Shown here: one piece after another, positions 50,424 through 61,667 of the stretch
Layout: each line of letters begins with the position of its first letter
Position numbering within the stretch: position 1 is the first letter of the stretch
DNA from: an uncultured Verrucomicrobiae bacterium
GTDB taxonomy: Bacteria > Verrucomicrobiota > Verrucomicrobiia > Chthoniobacterales > Chthoniobacteraceae
Direction: 5' to 3'
Assembly (NCBI GenBank): GCA_963828525.1
Contig: CAWHEP010000005.1
Coordinates: forward strand, 157,079-221,078
Length of the DNA stretch: 64,000 bases
Made by a program: the position numbers and the translations under genes
The notes under the pieces: generated by a model
Seen by the model: the letters and a program-made list of their open reading frames with translations, nothing else
The model's database searches: none
Told to the model about the DNA's origin: nothing

Positions 50424-50762
50424 GTAATCCTCCCCCCAACCGCCGAAGGCCAGAACTGTAGGGCGTTTGTGTCAAACGCTGGCCCCCCCCAAAGGCCGCA
50501 GGCCGAACTGGAGTAGGGAAGCCTCGCCGGGGCGTCCGTTCGTTCCCCCGCAACCGAAATCCCGCTCAGCATGCCACCGGCTGAGGGTAGGTGAAGAGCG
50601 ACCGGTAGATCGCGGCGGCGGCGTCCAGGATAAGGAAACGGATTCTCTTTTGAATGTGAGAACGACCCCGAGACTGATGCCTACTCTACACCCTATGAAA
50701 AACCGTGACCCTTGACCGCTTGATAAATACCCTCGCTTCTTGAAAATTCCGCCCGCCAGTTC

Positions 50763-51295
50763 ATGCTCTCCGCTGATGCCGCACCTTCTTTGAAAGCCGC
50801 GCCGGCATTGCGTTGGTGGCGCGAATGGGAAATTCCTGCCCTGGTTGTGCTGGTGCTGGCGGGTTACTTCTTGCGGGTCGGCAGCCTGCCCCTCCGCGGC
50901 GAAGAGTCCACACGCGCGCTGATCGCTTCGGAGATGGTTCAATCCGGCGACTGGATTGTACCGCGCCGCGCAAGGGGAGGCATTTCTTATTCGGCCTCCC
51001 TTTCAGAACTGGGCCATCGCCGTCACTTGCCTTGCATTGCGCTCCTGGAGCGAAGGCGCGGTTCGTTTCCACTCCGTTGTTGCCACGCTCCTGACAACGT
51101 TGGTGATCTACGGCTACTCCCGCGCGCTGCTCTCCCGCCTCGGCGCGTTCGCCTGCGCGTGCGGATTCGCCACCATGGCGGACATTTTCAGGATGGGGCT
51201 CTATGCCGAAACGGAAGCGCTGTTCATTTTTTTGGTCAGCTCTTCACTCCTCATATGGCACTGGGGCTTTCTGCGGCGGTGGCCGGATACGGTGG
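50763..51295 (+). pseudogene. ArnT-like glycosyltransferase, 5' fragment
   Basis: EESTRALIASEMVQSGDWIVP, RPPFQNW, TM segments; stops where the low-GC NACHT segment begins. Confidence 0.7.
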
Positions 51296-51379
51296 TTTCC
51301 GAACGTGATAAAAGCTCGACCTCTCCACAGGTTCCCGGCTATAGGATCACAAAGAAACACTTAAAAAACTACCAACCTC

Positions 51380-53350
51380 ATGATGACCGCTGCCGCAGTA
51401 ACAGTAATCGAACCACTTGTCAAAAAAGGTATTGAGACGGCGGTCGAGAGAATATTAGCGCCGCAAATTGAAAGATTACTGAAGGAAAAACACACACGAA
51501 AGAATCTCGACCGAACCAAAATTCAGGACGCATTTAAAGATTACCTGCTCCGTATGTATGGAAAGCTTTCGTACATGAACACACTTGTTTTCGGGAGCCA
51601 GCAAAAGCGGCTTCTCGATTTATACGTCCCCCTGACAATTTATTCAAGCGGTCCGGCGCAAGAGAGCTTTCGATTGACCGATTGGGACGCACGATTCGTT
51701 CCAGCATTCAAACGCGTGATAATAACCGATACCGCCGGGATGGGGAAGTCAACTATTCTGAAACATTTGTTCCTATGCGCAATAAGTAATAGCGGTCGCA
51801 TTCCGCTCTTTGTCGAACTACGGACCTTGAGTTCAGCGAACGCGCTACTCAAAAAACTCTACGATGATCTGTGCCCCATCGATAAGCCATTTAACCGAGA
51901 TCTCTTACTGCAGCTGATAACCTCAGGCAATTTCGTATTCTTTTTAGATGGCTTTGACGAGGTCGCTTTTGACGAACGCCGAAAAGTGACGGAAGACATT
52001 CAAGACTTCATCTCAAAAGCGTTTTCCAATTGGTTTATAATAGCGTCGAGGCACGAGACCGCTTTGGCTTCGTTCGGTGAATTCCGGGAATTTACCATAA
52101 AGCCACTTACCAGGAAAGAAGCCTATTCCCTACTCCGGAAATATGATGAGACACAAGAGTATGCGGACGCCCTCATCAAGGCGTTAGACGACAGGGCACG
52201 TTTCGAGAAGCTAAAGGATCTTCTAGTAAACCCGATGCTCGTATCACTCCTTTTTAAAGCATACACATACAAGCCAACGGAAATTCCCTTCAAAAAGCAT
52301 ATTTTCTATCGTCAGGTGTTCGACGCTCTTTTTGACATGCATGACGCGACAAAAGGCGCGTTCGTACGCAAAAAGTGTTGCGGGCTTGACATTGATGATT
52401 TTCACCTAATCATGAGGGATATCGGCTTTACGAGCGCGAAGGCCGGAAAGATTGAATACGATAGAGAGGAGCTCACGGCTTTTGTCAAGGGAGCCAGGGA
52501 GCGAAATAATTCCATCCTGTTTCAGCCGACTGAATTCCTCGTCGACTTGGTGACGACCGTTCCATTATTTAACAGAGAAGGTCAGCATTATAGGTGGGCG
52601 CATAAGTCAGTGCAGGATTACTTTGCTTCTCAATATATAGCGCGTGACTCTAAAGAGCATGAAGCGGCGCTGCTGGAGAGGATATACGATGGTTGTAATT
52701 GCGCCCGTTTTGAGAATATCCTAGATCTCTACCACGATACTGACTCAAAACCGTTTCGACGCGTCCTGCTGGCAAAATTTCTGGCTGAGTACATTGATTT
52801 TTATAACTCTTCTTACAACGCGGTATTTCACGGTGTCGGGCTGGAGTTGATTGCGGAGCGCAAGCAGTTGGCTTTTGGCAGATGCACCGCAATCATGCTT
52901 ACGAAGGAAGCTCCCGGTTCCGTAGGGCCCGATAGATTTGTTCCCTTGGAAAAGTTCCTCAGAAGCAGTCGCAAAGGCATGCCAGCGAATTATCCGATTT
53001 CATTTTGGATCATCGAATTGGGCGCAGGTAAACATATGTACGTAGCTCAATTGAACTTCCCCGCAGCCGGCCTACTGCCGCTGTTACTACAAAAGGATTA
53101 CTCATTTGTGAAGAAGGCGCCTTTCGTCGTTCCTTTTGAGCCAGAAGGGCTCAGATTTGGAGTCCCGGAGATTGTCAATGACGATCCAGAATCAGTGTTA
53201 AATACCCCAGAACTATTTTCTTGGGCTTCATCTGCGTTGGCGCATACGGGTTATCACATTAATATAGAACATGCGAAGCGGACATTAGACGCGATAAAAG
53301 GGGAGGCCGCTCCACAAAAGGAGGTTTTGCAAATGCTGGTAGGCCTATAG
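51380..53350 (+). CDS. NACHT/STAND family NTPase
   Basis: Walker A DTAGMGKST, Walker B FFLDGFDE, IASR, NPMLV, HKSVQDYF. Confidence 0.88.
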   Translation: MMTAAAVTVIEPLVKKGIETAVERILAPQIERLLKEKHTRKNLDRTKIQDAFKDYLLRMYGKLSYMNTLVFGSQQKRLLDLYVPLTIYSSGPAQESFRLTDWDARFVPAFKRVIITDTAGMGKSTILKHLFLCAISNSGRIPLFVELRTLSSANALLKKLYDDLCPIDKPFNRDLLLQLITSGNFVFFLDGFDEVAFDERRKVTEDIQDFISKAFSNWFIIASRHETALASFGEFREFTIKPLTRKEAYSLLRKYDETQEYADALIKALDDRARFEKLKDLLVNPMLVSLLFKAYTYKPTEIPFKKHIFYRQVFDALFDMHDATKGAFVRKKCCGLDIDDFHLIMRDIGFTSAKAGKIEYDREELTAFVKGARERNNSILFQPTEFLVDLVTTVPLFNREGQHYRWAHKSVQDYFASQYIARDSKEHEAALLERIYDGCNCARFENILDLYHDTDSKPFRRVLLAKFLAEYIDFYNSSYNAVFHGVGLELIAERKQLAFGRCTAIMLTKEAPGSVGPDRFVPLEKFLRSSRKGMPANYPISFWIIELGAGKHMYVAQLNFPAAGLLPLLLQKDYSFVKKAPFVVPFEPEGLRFGVPEIVNDDPESVLNTPELFSWASSALAHTGYHINIEHAKRTLDAIKGEAAPQKEVLQMLVGL

Positions 53351-53578
53351 AACATAGAACCACATAATGGATTGCCGAAATATCTTCGGTGTTTTGTGGG
53401 CCATTCTGGGGGTTTTCTTGGTGTCAAGCTGGAATGGCGCTAAGATAAGAGCGATTTAGGCTGTTTGGATTTCGGGCGATTACGTCGTGGCAGGTTACCG
53501 GTTTGCGCGCGTGGTTTGCTGAGCAGCTTATAGTTCTTCGCGCGTCGCTTTTTCGCGCGTGGCTCGCTGCGTCCGGGG

Positions 53579-53985
53579 GTAAGCGTAAGCCGGAGCGCCT
53601 CTAGCCAGCGGTATTGGAGATGTCAGAGGATAGGCCTCTATGACATCTCCGATAGATACAACAGAAGAGCCAACGATTTTAAAATGCGACGGCCTTGGCC
53701 GTGTAAGAATGCCAGTGGATCGCCGCGAGGCGCTGCTGGATGAATTCGAGAAGAGTGGACTGAGCGGCGCGGCGTTCTGCCGGATGACGGGGGTGCAATA
53801 CGGCACATTCGCCAACTGGGTGCAGGCCAGGCGCAAGAAGCGGTTGGCGATGGGAGGAGCTGCTCCTGGCGCGGTGTTGTTTGGCCCGGACGAGAGCGAC
53901 GGAAGTGTGCGGCTGTTGGAGGCGGTGGTCGAGGGCGGGAGCCGCTTGGGGGCGGATGGAGGCAGGGCGGGGCTGGCAATCGAAC
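53579..53985 (+). mobile_element. partial IS66 copy (left end + truncated tnpA)
   Basis: inverted copy of 56160-56566, starts GTAAGCGT. Confidence 0.9.
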
Positions 53986-54074
53986 GTAAGCGTCAGCCCA
54001 GGCACCTATTGACAGAGAAGCCGTAGATTTTAGCGATTTTAAGGGAGACGTCGTAGTGCCTACTACTACGACGT

Positions 54075-55616
54075 CTATGCTGCGGCCTTGAGGGCGGATT
54101 GGCGCGACTTTTGCCACGCCTCGGGAGTGAGGTCTTTTACCTGCCAGTTGGTCATTAAGGGCAGCCGGGTGAGCACGTCACGCAGGTATGCGTATGGGTC
54201 GATCTGGCGGCGTCGACAGCACTCGATCAGCGTGTAGATGATCGCGCTGCGCTCGCCCGCCTCTGCGTCGCCCACGAAGAGCCAGTTCTTCTTCCCGATG
54301 GCTGTCGGGCGGATGGCGTTTTCGACGAGATTGTTGTCTATCTCCACGCGCCCGTCCCTCAGGAACACGCGCAGGTTCTGCCATTGGCCCAACGCGTAAT
54401 CTATCGCCTTGCCAAACAGGCTTTGTGGCAGGAAGCGCCTTCGTGCCTTCAAGGACACCAAGCTTCGATGTAAACGCTCCATGATCGGGCGGCTGGCGCT
54501 TGCCCGCGCAGCCTCTCGCAGTCGCGGCCCAGCCTTGCGCCGCCGAAGCTCCTGCTCCACCGCGTAGAGGTGTTGGATTTGCCTGAGGATGAAGCCCGCT
54601 GTTTTCGGCGCTTGCTCTTTGGCTTCATAGAAGCCGCGCCGGGCGTGCGCCATGCACCCGGCAAGCGTGATCTCCGGGCCACGGTCGACGGCAAAGCGAC
54701 GGTAAGCCGCGTAGCCGTCACATTGCACCGTCCCTCGAAAGTCCACCGGCACGATGTTCTCAAGGCACGCCGCGGCACGACTGGTTTTCCAATGGTAGAT
54801 GACGTCTCCCCTGGGCTGGCAGCATGTCCAGAGATAACCCAGTTTTGTTTTCGCGTTGCCGGGCGCGAGATAGTGGATGGGAGTTTCATCTATCTGCACA
54901 TACCCGTCGCCCATTACCCCGGTTTTGATGAGCTCGTATAAGGGCCGCAACCAATCAGCCGCCAGCGCCACCCACTCGGCCATCATTTGGCGGGGTAGCC
55001 ACACTTGATGCCGGTGCCAGAAGATGGATTCCTGCCGATGCAGCGGCAGATGATCGCAATACTTGGCAACCAAAATGTAGGTAAGCAGGCCGGGGGTAAC
55101 AATGCTGCGTTCCAAAAGGCATCCGGGCAGCGGCGCGATTACCGGAACAGTGTCCACCGCGTTTTTCCTCACGTACTTGGGGCGCACCGTTCGCCTGCGC
55201 AAGAAGCGGCCCGGCTCGTAATCCAGCCGCTCGCTGACTTCTTCGCCGATGCGCCGCCATGCCTGAGGATTAGCCTTCACGGGCTCAGGCTCGATGATCT
55301 CCTCGATCACAGGGAGATGCTCGGGCAGCGGCTGCCGTCGCGCGCGGGTCGTGGCTCCTTTAGGCCGCGGAGGGGGAACCAGCGTCTCCTCCGGGCCGTC
55401 CTGTTTTCCCAGGACAGCGTCCTCTCCCATCTGGAGCAGCAGTGTCATCTGCTCCGGAGTTAGCTGTTCGCTCTTCTTGCCAAACACGCGCCGGGCAAGC
55501 GCGTCCAGCTTCTGACGCAGCAACGCGTTTTCCGCCCGCAACCGCCGGTTGTCATCAGCCAGCGATACAACCCGCGACTCTAAAGCTTCCAGATTGGATT
55601 CGTTCGGTTCGCTCAT
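54075..55616 (-). CDS. tnpC: IS66 transposase
   Basis: KYCDHLPL, IDET, CDGY, CMAHARR, DNNLVENAIR. Confidence 0.95.
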   Translation of the reverse strand: MSEPNESNLEALESRVVSLADDNRRLRAENALLRQKLDALARRVFGKKSEQLTPEQMTLLLQMGEDAVLGKQDGPEETLVPPPRPKGATTRARRQPLPEHLPVIEEIIEPEPVKANPQAWRRIGEEVSERLDYEPGRFLRRRTVRPKYVRKNAVDTVPVIAPLPGCLLERSIVTPGLLTYILVAKYCDHLPLHRQESIFWHRHQVWLPRQMMAEWVALAADWLRPLYELIKTGVMGDGYVQIDETPIHYLAPGNAKTKLGYLWTCCQPRGDVIYHWKTSRAAACLENIVPVDFRGTVQCDGYAAYRRFAVDRGPEITLAGCMAHARRGFYEAKEQAPKTAGFILRQIQHLYAVEQELRRRKAGPRLREAARASASRPIMERLHRSLVSLKARRRFLPQSLFGKAIDYALGQWQNLRVFLRDGRVEIDNNLVENAIRPTAIGKKNWLFVGDAEAGERSAIIYTLIECCRRRQIDPYAYLRDVLTRLPLMTNWQVKDLTPEAWQKSRQSALKAAA

Positions 55617-55711
55617 CTTCGGGGATGAGCACAGGATATAGCGACTTAGTTGTTTTTGATCAACAACAAGCCGCAATATATAGCAACTGTTCTTTACACT
55701 ACCCGCCTCAA

Positions 55712-56065
55712 CTAATCCCGTTCATACCATGGACGCAGACGCGCGCCGCGAAGGTCGATCCCGTCCGTCAGCATCGCCAGCGCCTCGGGCGCCAGCCTCA
55801 ACTTCACGCCCTCGCGTTGCGCCCCCTTGGGCCACGCGAATGTTCCCTTCTCCAGCCGCTTAATCAGTAGCCACAGCCCGCTTCCATCCCAGTAGATTAT
55901 CTTCAGCCGCGTGTGGCGCCTGTTGCTAAACACGAACAGCGCCCCTTGCCTCAGATCCTCTCCAAGGCGCTGGCTCACCAGCGCCTCCAATCCGTTGAAG
56001 CCCTTGCGCATGTCGCAGGGTTCCAGCGCCACGAACACCTTCAGCCCGCCCGTGAAGCTTAACAT
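55712..56065 (-). CDS. tnpB: IS66 accessory protein
   Basis: DMRKGFNGL, WDGSG..KRLEKG. Confidence 0.95.
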   Translation of the reverse strand: MLSFTGGLKVFVALEPCDMRKGFNGLEALVSQRLGEDLRQGALFVFSNRRHTRLKIIYWDGSGLWLLIKRLEKGTFAWPKGAQREGVKLRLAPEALAMLTDGIDLRGARLRPWYERD

Positions 56066-56505
56066 CCGCTCCGTCCACTTCGGGACAACAACCTCAGCAG
56101 TTCCGCCGCGAGCGCCAGTTGAACAGGTGACTCCACCCGTGTCCGGCAGCCCGCTGGTAGTTCGATTGCCAGCCCCGCCCTGCCTCCATCCGCCCCCAAG
56201 CGGCTCCCGCCCTCGACCACCGCCTCCAACAGCCGCACACTCCCATCGCTCTCGTCCGGGCCAAACAACACCGCGCCAGGAGCAGCTCCTCCCATCGCCA
56301 ACCGCTTCTTGCGCCTGGCCTGCACCCAGTTGGCGAATGTGCCGTATTGCACCCCCGTCATCCGGCAGAACGCCGCGCCGCTCAGTCCACTCTTCTCGAA
56401 TTCATCCAGCAGCGCCTCGCGGCGATCCACTGGCATTCTTACACGCCCAAGGCCGTCGCATTTTAAAATCGTTGGCTCTTCTGTTGTATCTATCGGAGAT
56501 GTCAT
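56059..56505 (-). CDS. tnpA: IS66 accessory HTH protein
   Basis: SGLSGAAFC...FANW; first ORF in the element. Confidence 0.85.
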   Translation of the reverse strand: MTSPIDTTEEPTILKCDGLGRVRMPVDRREALLDEFEKSGLSGAAFCRMTGVQYGTFANWVQARRKKRLAMGGAAPGAVLFGPDESDGSVRLLEAVVEGGSRLGADGGRAGLAIELPAGCRTRVESPVQLALAAELLRLLSRSGRSGC

Positions 56506-56566
56506 AGAGGCCTATCCTCTGACATCTCCAATACCGCTGGCTAGAGGCGCTCCGGCTTACGCTTAC

Positions 56567-56857
56567 ATTGTAACGGGCTTATCGTAAGAACTTTTGGGTT
56601 TCCAATATACTTCGAGAGCCTGAGGATTGCTGGCATCATATTGGTGAATATGCTGGCTATAAAAAACGCCATCCCCCGCGCCGTCAGAGATCGAATCATA
56701 CTCACTCCAACTTTCGGCTCGGAGACTCAGGAACCAAGACTAACAGGGTGAATAACATCGCAAGAATTGAAATACCGCTTGAAAAGTGAATAAATTTCGT
56801 GGCTGGGTGCTTCATTGCTTTGATTTTTTTGTTTCTAAATACGGTATTGGATTATAG
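56567..56857 (-). pseudogene. AT-rich first-cassette remnant truncated by IS66
   Basis: signal-peptide-like start at 56815 after attI; no attC before the IS66 end. Confidence 0.5.
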
Positions 56858-56900
56858 GCCTAACAAGATTTAGGCGAAAGTCCATTTCGCCTATTTCGGC
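56858..56900 (-). other. attI site (short allele)
   Basis: GCCTAACAAGATTTAGGCGAAAGTCCATTTCGCCTA. Confidence 0.85.
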
Positions 56901-56941
56901 TGGCATTCAGGAATGCGTCGTGGTAAAGCGAAGACACGCCG

Positions 56942-57922
56942 ATGATGCTCCCATATCAAAACGAAGCTCACAAGCCGAAACTTCTCGACCGGGTTCGGGA
57001 GTTGATGCGCCTCAAGCATTACAGCCTGCGCACCGAAAAGACATACGGAGAATGGATTCGCCGTTACATCCTCTACCACGGCAGGCGGCATCCTCGCGAG
57101 ATGGGCGCGGAGGAGGTCACCGCGTTTCTGACCCATCTCGCCGCTGAGAGGGATGTCGCGGCCTCGACGCAAAACCAGGCGCTCAGCGCCCTGCTGTTTC
57201 TCTACGGCGAGGCCCTCGATGTGAAGCTGCCCTGGCTGGGTGAAATCCAACGGGTAACCCGCCCCGCCAGGCTGCCGGTGGTCCTGACCCGGGAAGAAGC
57301 CAGGAGCGTCCTCGCGTGCCTTCGGGGGGAATACCGGCTGATGGCCGACCTGCTCTACGGGAGCGGGTTGCGGCTCCTGGAGTGTCTGCGGTTGCGGGTG
57401 AAGGATGTCGATTTTGGCTATCTGCAAATCACGGTGCGTGAGGGGAAAGGGGGCAAGGACCGCGTGACCGTGCTGCCCGTCAGCCTGGCGCCAGCGATTC
57501 GCGAGCATCTGGAGGCGGTGAAAAAGCTGCACGCGGCCGATCTGGCCGCCGGGTTTTGCCGGGTGATGCTGCCCGAGGCGCTGGAGCGCAAATATCCGAA
57601 GGCTCCGCGGGAATGGGCCTGGCAATGGGTGTTTCCGGCAGCCCAGCTTTCTACCGATCCCGTGACGGGAATCAAGCGGCGGCATCATGCGCTGGAAAAG
57701 AACCTCCAGAATGCTGTGAAAGCGGCCGCGCGAAAGTCGGGCATCGCAAAGCATGTGACGCCGCACGTCTTCCGGCACAGCTTTGCCACGCATCTGCTGG
57801 AGGCGGGCTATGACATCCGCACCGTGCAGGAACTGCTTGGGCATAAAGAGGTGAGCACCACGATGATCTACACGCACGTCTTGAACCGCCCTGGCCTGGC
57901 GGTGCGCTCGCCGCTGGATTAA
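56942..57922 (+). CDS. intI: integron integrase (copy 4)
   Basis: differs from copy 1 by two residues in the translations given. Confidence 0.97.
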   Translation: MMLPYQNEAHKPKLLDRVRELMRLKHYSLRTEKTYGEWIRRYILYHGRRHPREMGAEEVTAFLTHLAAERDVAASTQNQALSALLFLYGEALDVKLPWLGEIQRVTRPARLPVVLTREEARSVLACLRGEYRLMADLLYGSGLRLLECLRLRVKDVDFGYLQITVREGKGGKDRVTVLPVSLAPAIREHLEAVKKLHAADLAAGFCRVMLPEALERKYPKAPREWAWQWVFPAAQLSTDPVTGIKRRHHALEKNLQNAVKAAARKSGIAKHVTPHVFRHSFATHLLEAGYDIRTVQELLGHKEVSTTMIYTHVLNRPGLAVRSPLD

Positions 57923-57960
57923 AAGCGCGTGGCCGGTTGATTGAGGAACCTATTTTTTTA

Positions 57961-58018
57961 ACTAAATATGCAACTTGTTCCTGCCTGACACTTTCCACGT
58001 TCTGTTATTCAGGAGGAG
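57961..58018 (+). mobile_element. IS110 right end fused downstream of intI
   Basis: as 17693-17750. Confidence 0.88.
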
Positions 58019-58021
58019 CTT

Positions 58022-58324
58022 TTAGTGTCGGAGACGTCGTAATATCTGCTGCTCATCCTTTCGTAAGTCGAGAATCGCGGTAACTAAAATTCGCGTGGGC
58101 TGAGGCTCGTAAAAGATACCGTATGGAAATCTCTGAATCACCTGTCGGCGAACGCTCTCAAAGTAGATTGGTGCGATCTCAGGAAAAACAGCGATACGAG
58201 CGAGATAAGCGTCAACGACTGTCATGAACTCCATGCCGAATCCATCTCTGTAATCTTCAAATCGGTCGAAGGTCTCCTGCAAATCGGCATCTGCTCCTGA
58301 GAGGAACTCGACGCGCAGACTCAT
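58022..58324 (-). CDS. RelE/ParE family toxin (duplicate of 17754)
   Basis: one residue different from the 17754 copy. Confidence 0.88.
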   Translation of the reverse strand: MSLRVEFLSGADADLQETFDRFEDYRDGFGMEFMTVVDAYLARIAVFPEIAPIYFESVRRQVIQRFPYGIFYEPQPTRILVTAILDLRKDEQQILRRLRH

Positions 58325-58542
58325 CGCGATGCGAGAATGCGCGCCTTAACGTCCTCCCATGCAACTGCGTCTTCGGGGTGCTGGCGGTAATGCTCCAGGC
58401 GCTCTCGAAGAAGCTTGATATGGTCCTCCCGTGGCGGAAAAGCGTTGGGTTGAGCAGCAAGCTCATCCCAAAGCTCGCCGACAAGAATCAGCTTCTCCTC
58501 TGGTGAGAGGCTCTTCAGTTCCGGGATTGTTTCTGCGATCAT
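58321..58542 (-). CDS. addiction module antitoxin (duplicate of 18053)
   Basis: identical translation. Confidence 0.88.
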   Translation of the reverse strand: MIAETIPELKSLSPEEKLILVGELWDELAAQPNAFPPREDHIKLLRERLEHYRQHPEDAVAWEDVKARILASR

Positions 58543-58617
58543 GCGTGAACCCTCGTTTAAGAAAGCCGTTCGCTCAAGATTAAAGCGTGTGCGGCTCAGC
58601 GCCCTACGGGTTGCGCC

Positions 58618-58646
58618 GCCTAACGAGAACAAGATCATGTTTAGGC
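58618..58646 (-). repeat. collapsed attC (29 bp)
   Basis: same as 18350-18378. Confidence 0.7.
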
Positions 58647-58850
58647 GCTTCGGTCATGGCTTTGTGCTTGAGCTAGTCTCCGTTCCTCACCAGCGGCATA
58701 GCTTACGAGGTGCTTTCCATACCAGCGTAAAAGTAGGAAATGCAAGTCTTGTCGGCGATGTGTGGCCTCGCCACTGAGAGTCTGCGGCAAAGACGCGCTC
58801 CGTCATTCGTTTGGTTGAGAGACCCTTGTTCACGAGGATAGCGTGTATGC

Positions 58851-58980
58851 GCCAAACGACCCCAAGCTCAGCGACTGCGGAGGGCGGCGCAGCCTGAACG
58901 GAAAGGCAGCTGGGGCAGGTCTGCGGGCGGAAGCACAGGCTGTGACGGCGGAGCAGTTCGCTTGCAGCGCATGGTTCGGC
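58851..58980 (-). repeat. attC site
   Basis: GCCAAAC...GTTCGGC. Confidence 0.82.
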
Positions 58981-59007
58981 GACGTTCGTTGTGCCGGAGT
59001 GAGATCA

Positions 59008-59530
59008 TCAGGTAGTGGAAGAGAAGAAATAGTCGGAAAACGCGTCGAGCTGCTCCAGATAAAAGTCGGTCTCGAGACGGTCTTCATCGTCGAACTGACT
59101 TATAACGAAGTTGAGGTATTGAATGATGATCGACTCACTCAACTCTTTACCGCAGTCCATCAATTCTTCTGTGAACTTCGCTGACAACGGACTTAGCCGG
59201 GTCTGATGGAGAACGCCGCTAGTCGCGTCCGAAATTTGTTGTTCTAGCTTTCGTGCGACGTTGCGAAGGATTCGCCTCCGAGCGGCGAGAACGTACAATA
59301 CCTCCTTGAGAGGGACGTCGTAACAGTTGCCGGTCCAAGAGTGAATCTCCCACCCCGTGTGCTCAAACTCCGTGAGGATAACGCAGTGAACCTGGAATGA
59401 CTCTCCAAAAGTCCGGTGGTGACGAAGGGACTCCACCTCGTCGCCGAAAGAACGCTTCTACCTCATCATCGCGTGAATCGGTGATCCGAATGCCGTCGTC
59501 GTGCTCCCACCAGGACAGGGAAAGGCTCAT
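59008..59530 (-). CDS. hypothetical cassette protein (duplicate of 18742, frameshift near 59448)
   Basis: near-identical sequence with one extra A. Confidence 0.7.
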
Positions 59531-59630
59531 GCGTGCGCTAAGTCGCCGAACGACGACCCCAAGCTCAACTACAGGCGGAGCACGGCGCGGTAGCTCCCAC
59601 GGCGGGTCTGCGGGGAGCAGCTACCGTGAC

Positions 59631-60575
59631 GGCGGAGCGGCTGAGCGAGCAGCAGCGTCGACCCCGTTCAGGAGACTGACTCATTTTGTTCGGCGGCTGC
59701 CCCGTCATGCGCACTCAAGAATAGAACCAAATACCATGAGCCAACACAAACGAAAAAACTGCAAACGAAACAAGGCGGCAGCCGCCGCCACGCAGGGGGC
59801 GCTGGGCGCTGCCGTCCATCCCCACGCCGCCCGGGCTGTTGCGCGGCAGCTTCCGCCCAAGAAGAGGAGATCTCCCGCTGCGTTATCTCATGCGGCACCG
59901 TCACGACCTGATCGCGCAGGCTCGGCCTGTGCCCGACAATCGGATCAGCGGCGGACGCATCCTCAAAGCTGGCACGCGCAAAGTCAGCAACCGTATCGCC
60001 AATATCCTGCGTATGGCCGCCAACGCGCTCGGGCGCGCCGACGGTCCGATGGGAGACTATGTCCGCCGTTTCAAGGGACGACTCGGCAAAGCCGAGGGCA
60101 TCGTGGCGGGCGCGCCCACAAACTCGCCCGGATCATCCAGGAGACTGTTGAAGAACTGGGGCATGTCGCGCGAGAGCAATTTGGGGCGTATGGCAAGGCG
60201 CGAGCGACGCGCATACCCGCTCGCGGTCTGTAAGGAGCGAGCAACACCGCCAGACGCCCCAATGTGCTCTCGCCCTTCGGGTTGCGCCGATTTTTGAGTT
60301 GCGCGGCGTTGCTCGTCAGTCACAGACCCCAGCGGGTATGCTCCCCTCCTCACGCCTTGCACAACTCAATAATCGGAAGCAACGCGACATGTCCCAGTTC
60401 TTCAACGTCTCCTCGGCCATGATCGTCTCCGGCCAGCCCTACGATGAAAAAAAAAGCTTTTCAAACCAGCCCCGCCAGCGCCGCGCGCCGCCTCAAACAC
60501 CTGCAAAACCAAGCCAAAGCACTAAATATGCAACTTGTTCCTGCCTAACAACTTCCACGTTCTGTTATTCAGGAG
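59631..60575 (+). mobile_element. deleted IS110 derivative in attC, containing a MITE (60141-60411)
   Basis: same deletion pattern as 13354-14298. Confidence 0.9.
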
Positions 60576-61542
60576 GCGCCGGGTTGTTTCGGTTGAACAC
60601 GCGCAGGCTGAACATCTGCTTGGTCGGGCGTTAGTGACTCGATCCAGTCGGTGAGCACTCCGGCTCCGGTCTGATTCCAGCGTGGCTCATAAAAGTGCGC
60701 GATAGACTCGCCGAGAGGTGTGAACAAAATGCCGCGGATCTCGATCAGTTGCTTCGGAGTGATGACATACGCAGAATGATCGTAGTGAATAACAAAGGGG
60801 CTCCCCGGTGGGTGCTGCCGCGTGCTGGTGAGATGATCGGCAATGACACCAATGTCGCCGAGCTGAAAAATCAGATGCCCAACCGTGCGAGGAGAGCTTG
60901 GGTCTGTGCCGTGTGGCCTACGCTGAAACGCTTGAACCTTTGAGTGTGGTAAAAATGGGGAACCTTCGGCCATGTCCAGACGCACAGGTCGAGAAGCTCG
61001 GACAAAGCCGTAAAGAGACTGTGCTCCATGTTGCCGATCAGCCACAGCGCTCGCGGACTGACAGTGCCGGGACTTGCAGTTTCCTTTGCGAGTGCGCGGG
61101 CCAAAAGCTCGTTGCGCCATTCCTCGTTGCGCTTTCTAGCGAGTTCGTTGAACCGGTCGAGCCAGTGATCTTCAATCGGCTTCGGCTTCTCGGTTGGTGG
61201 AGGGGGAGGCACGGTCTCTTCGGTGCCGTAGGAGAGGGATTTTGAAGCTATGTTTAGTTGGCGTGTGATCCCATCGACATGCTCGATGTCCTGTTCGATG
61301 CGAACGCGCTCCTCTGGGGGAGCTGCAATATAGCGCTCCTCAGCAGGGTCCGGCGACACGGTGCGGGTCTCGACTTCGCCTTTAAGTAATTCCTTCAGAG
61401 CCTCGGCCTCAGCGAGGCGGCCCAAATGTCGCTGAAAGGTTTCTGATGCTTTGTCTGACTGCGAAAGCAGAAACGGCCCGACAGCACGAATTGTGTTCCA
61501 TGTCTTTTGACCGATTCCACTTATTGTTTCAAGCCATTGCAT
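60569..61542 (-). CDS. DUF2806-like cassette protein (frameshift near 60940)
   Basis: WLDRFNELA...LLARALAKETASPGTVSPRAL. Confidence 0.65.
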
Positions 61543-61562
61543 AAATGTGAGTGTGCTCAGGC

Positions 61563-61667
61563 CCCTAACGGACCCAAGCTCAGCGACGGGAGGCTAGCGA
61601 AGTCAAGCCTGAAGGTCCGAGGAAGCCCCACCCGCCAGCCTCCGTTCGCTGGAGCGCATTGTTAGGC
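61563..61667 (-). repeat. attC site
   Basis: CCCTAAC...GTTAGGC, ~103-bp family. Confidence 0.9.

Larger units (their letters stand above)
53986..56566 (-). mobile_element. IS66-family element
   Basis: GTAAGCGT termini, tnpA-tnpB-tnpC. Confidence 0.95.

Noticed and set aside
51297..51345. TCCGAACGTGATAAAAGCTC resembling an attC half that would make the NACHT gene a cassette
   Set aside because: No complementary arm was found and the gene is on the opposite strand to all cassettes.
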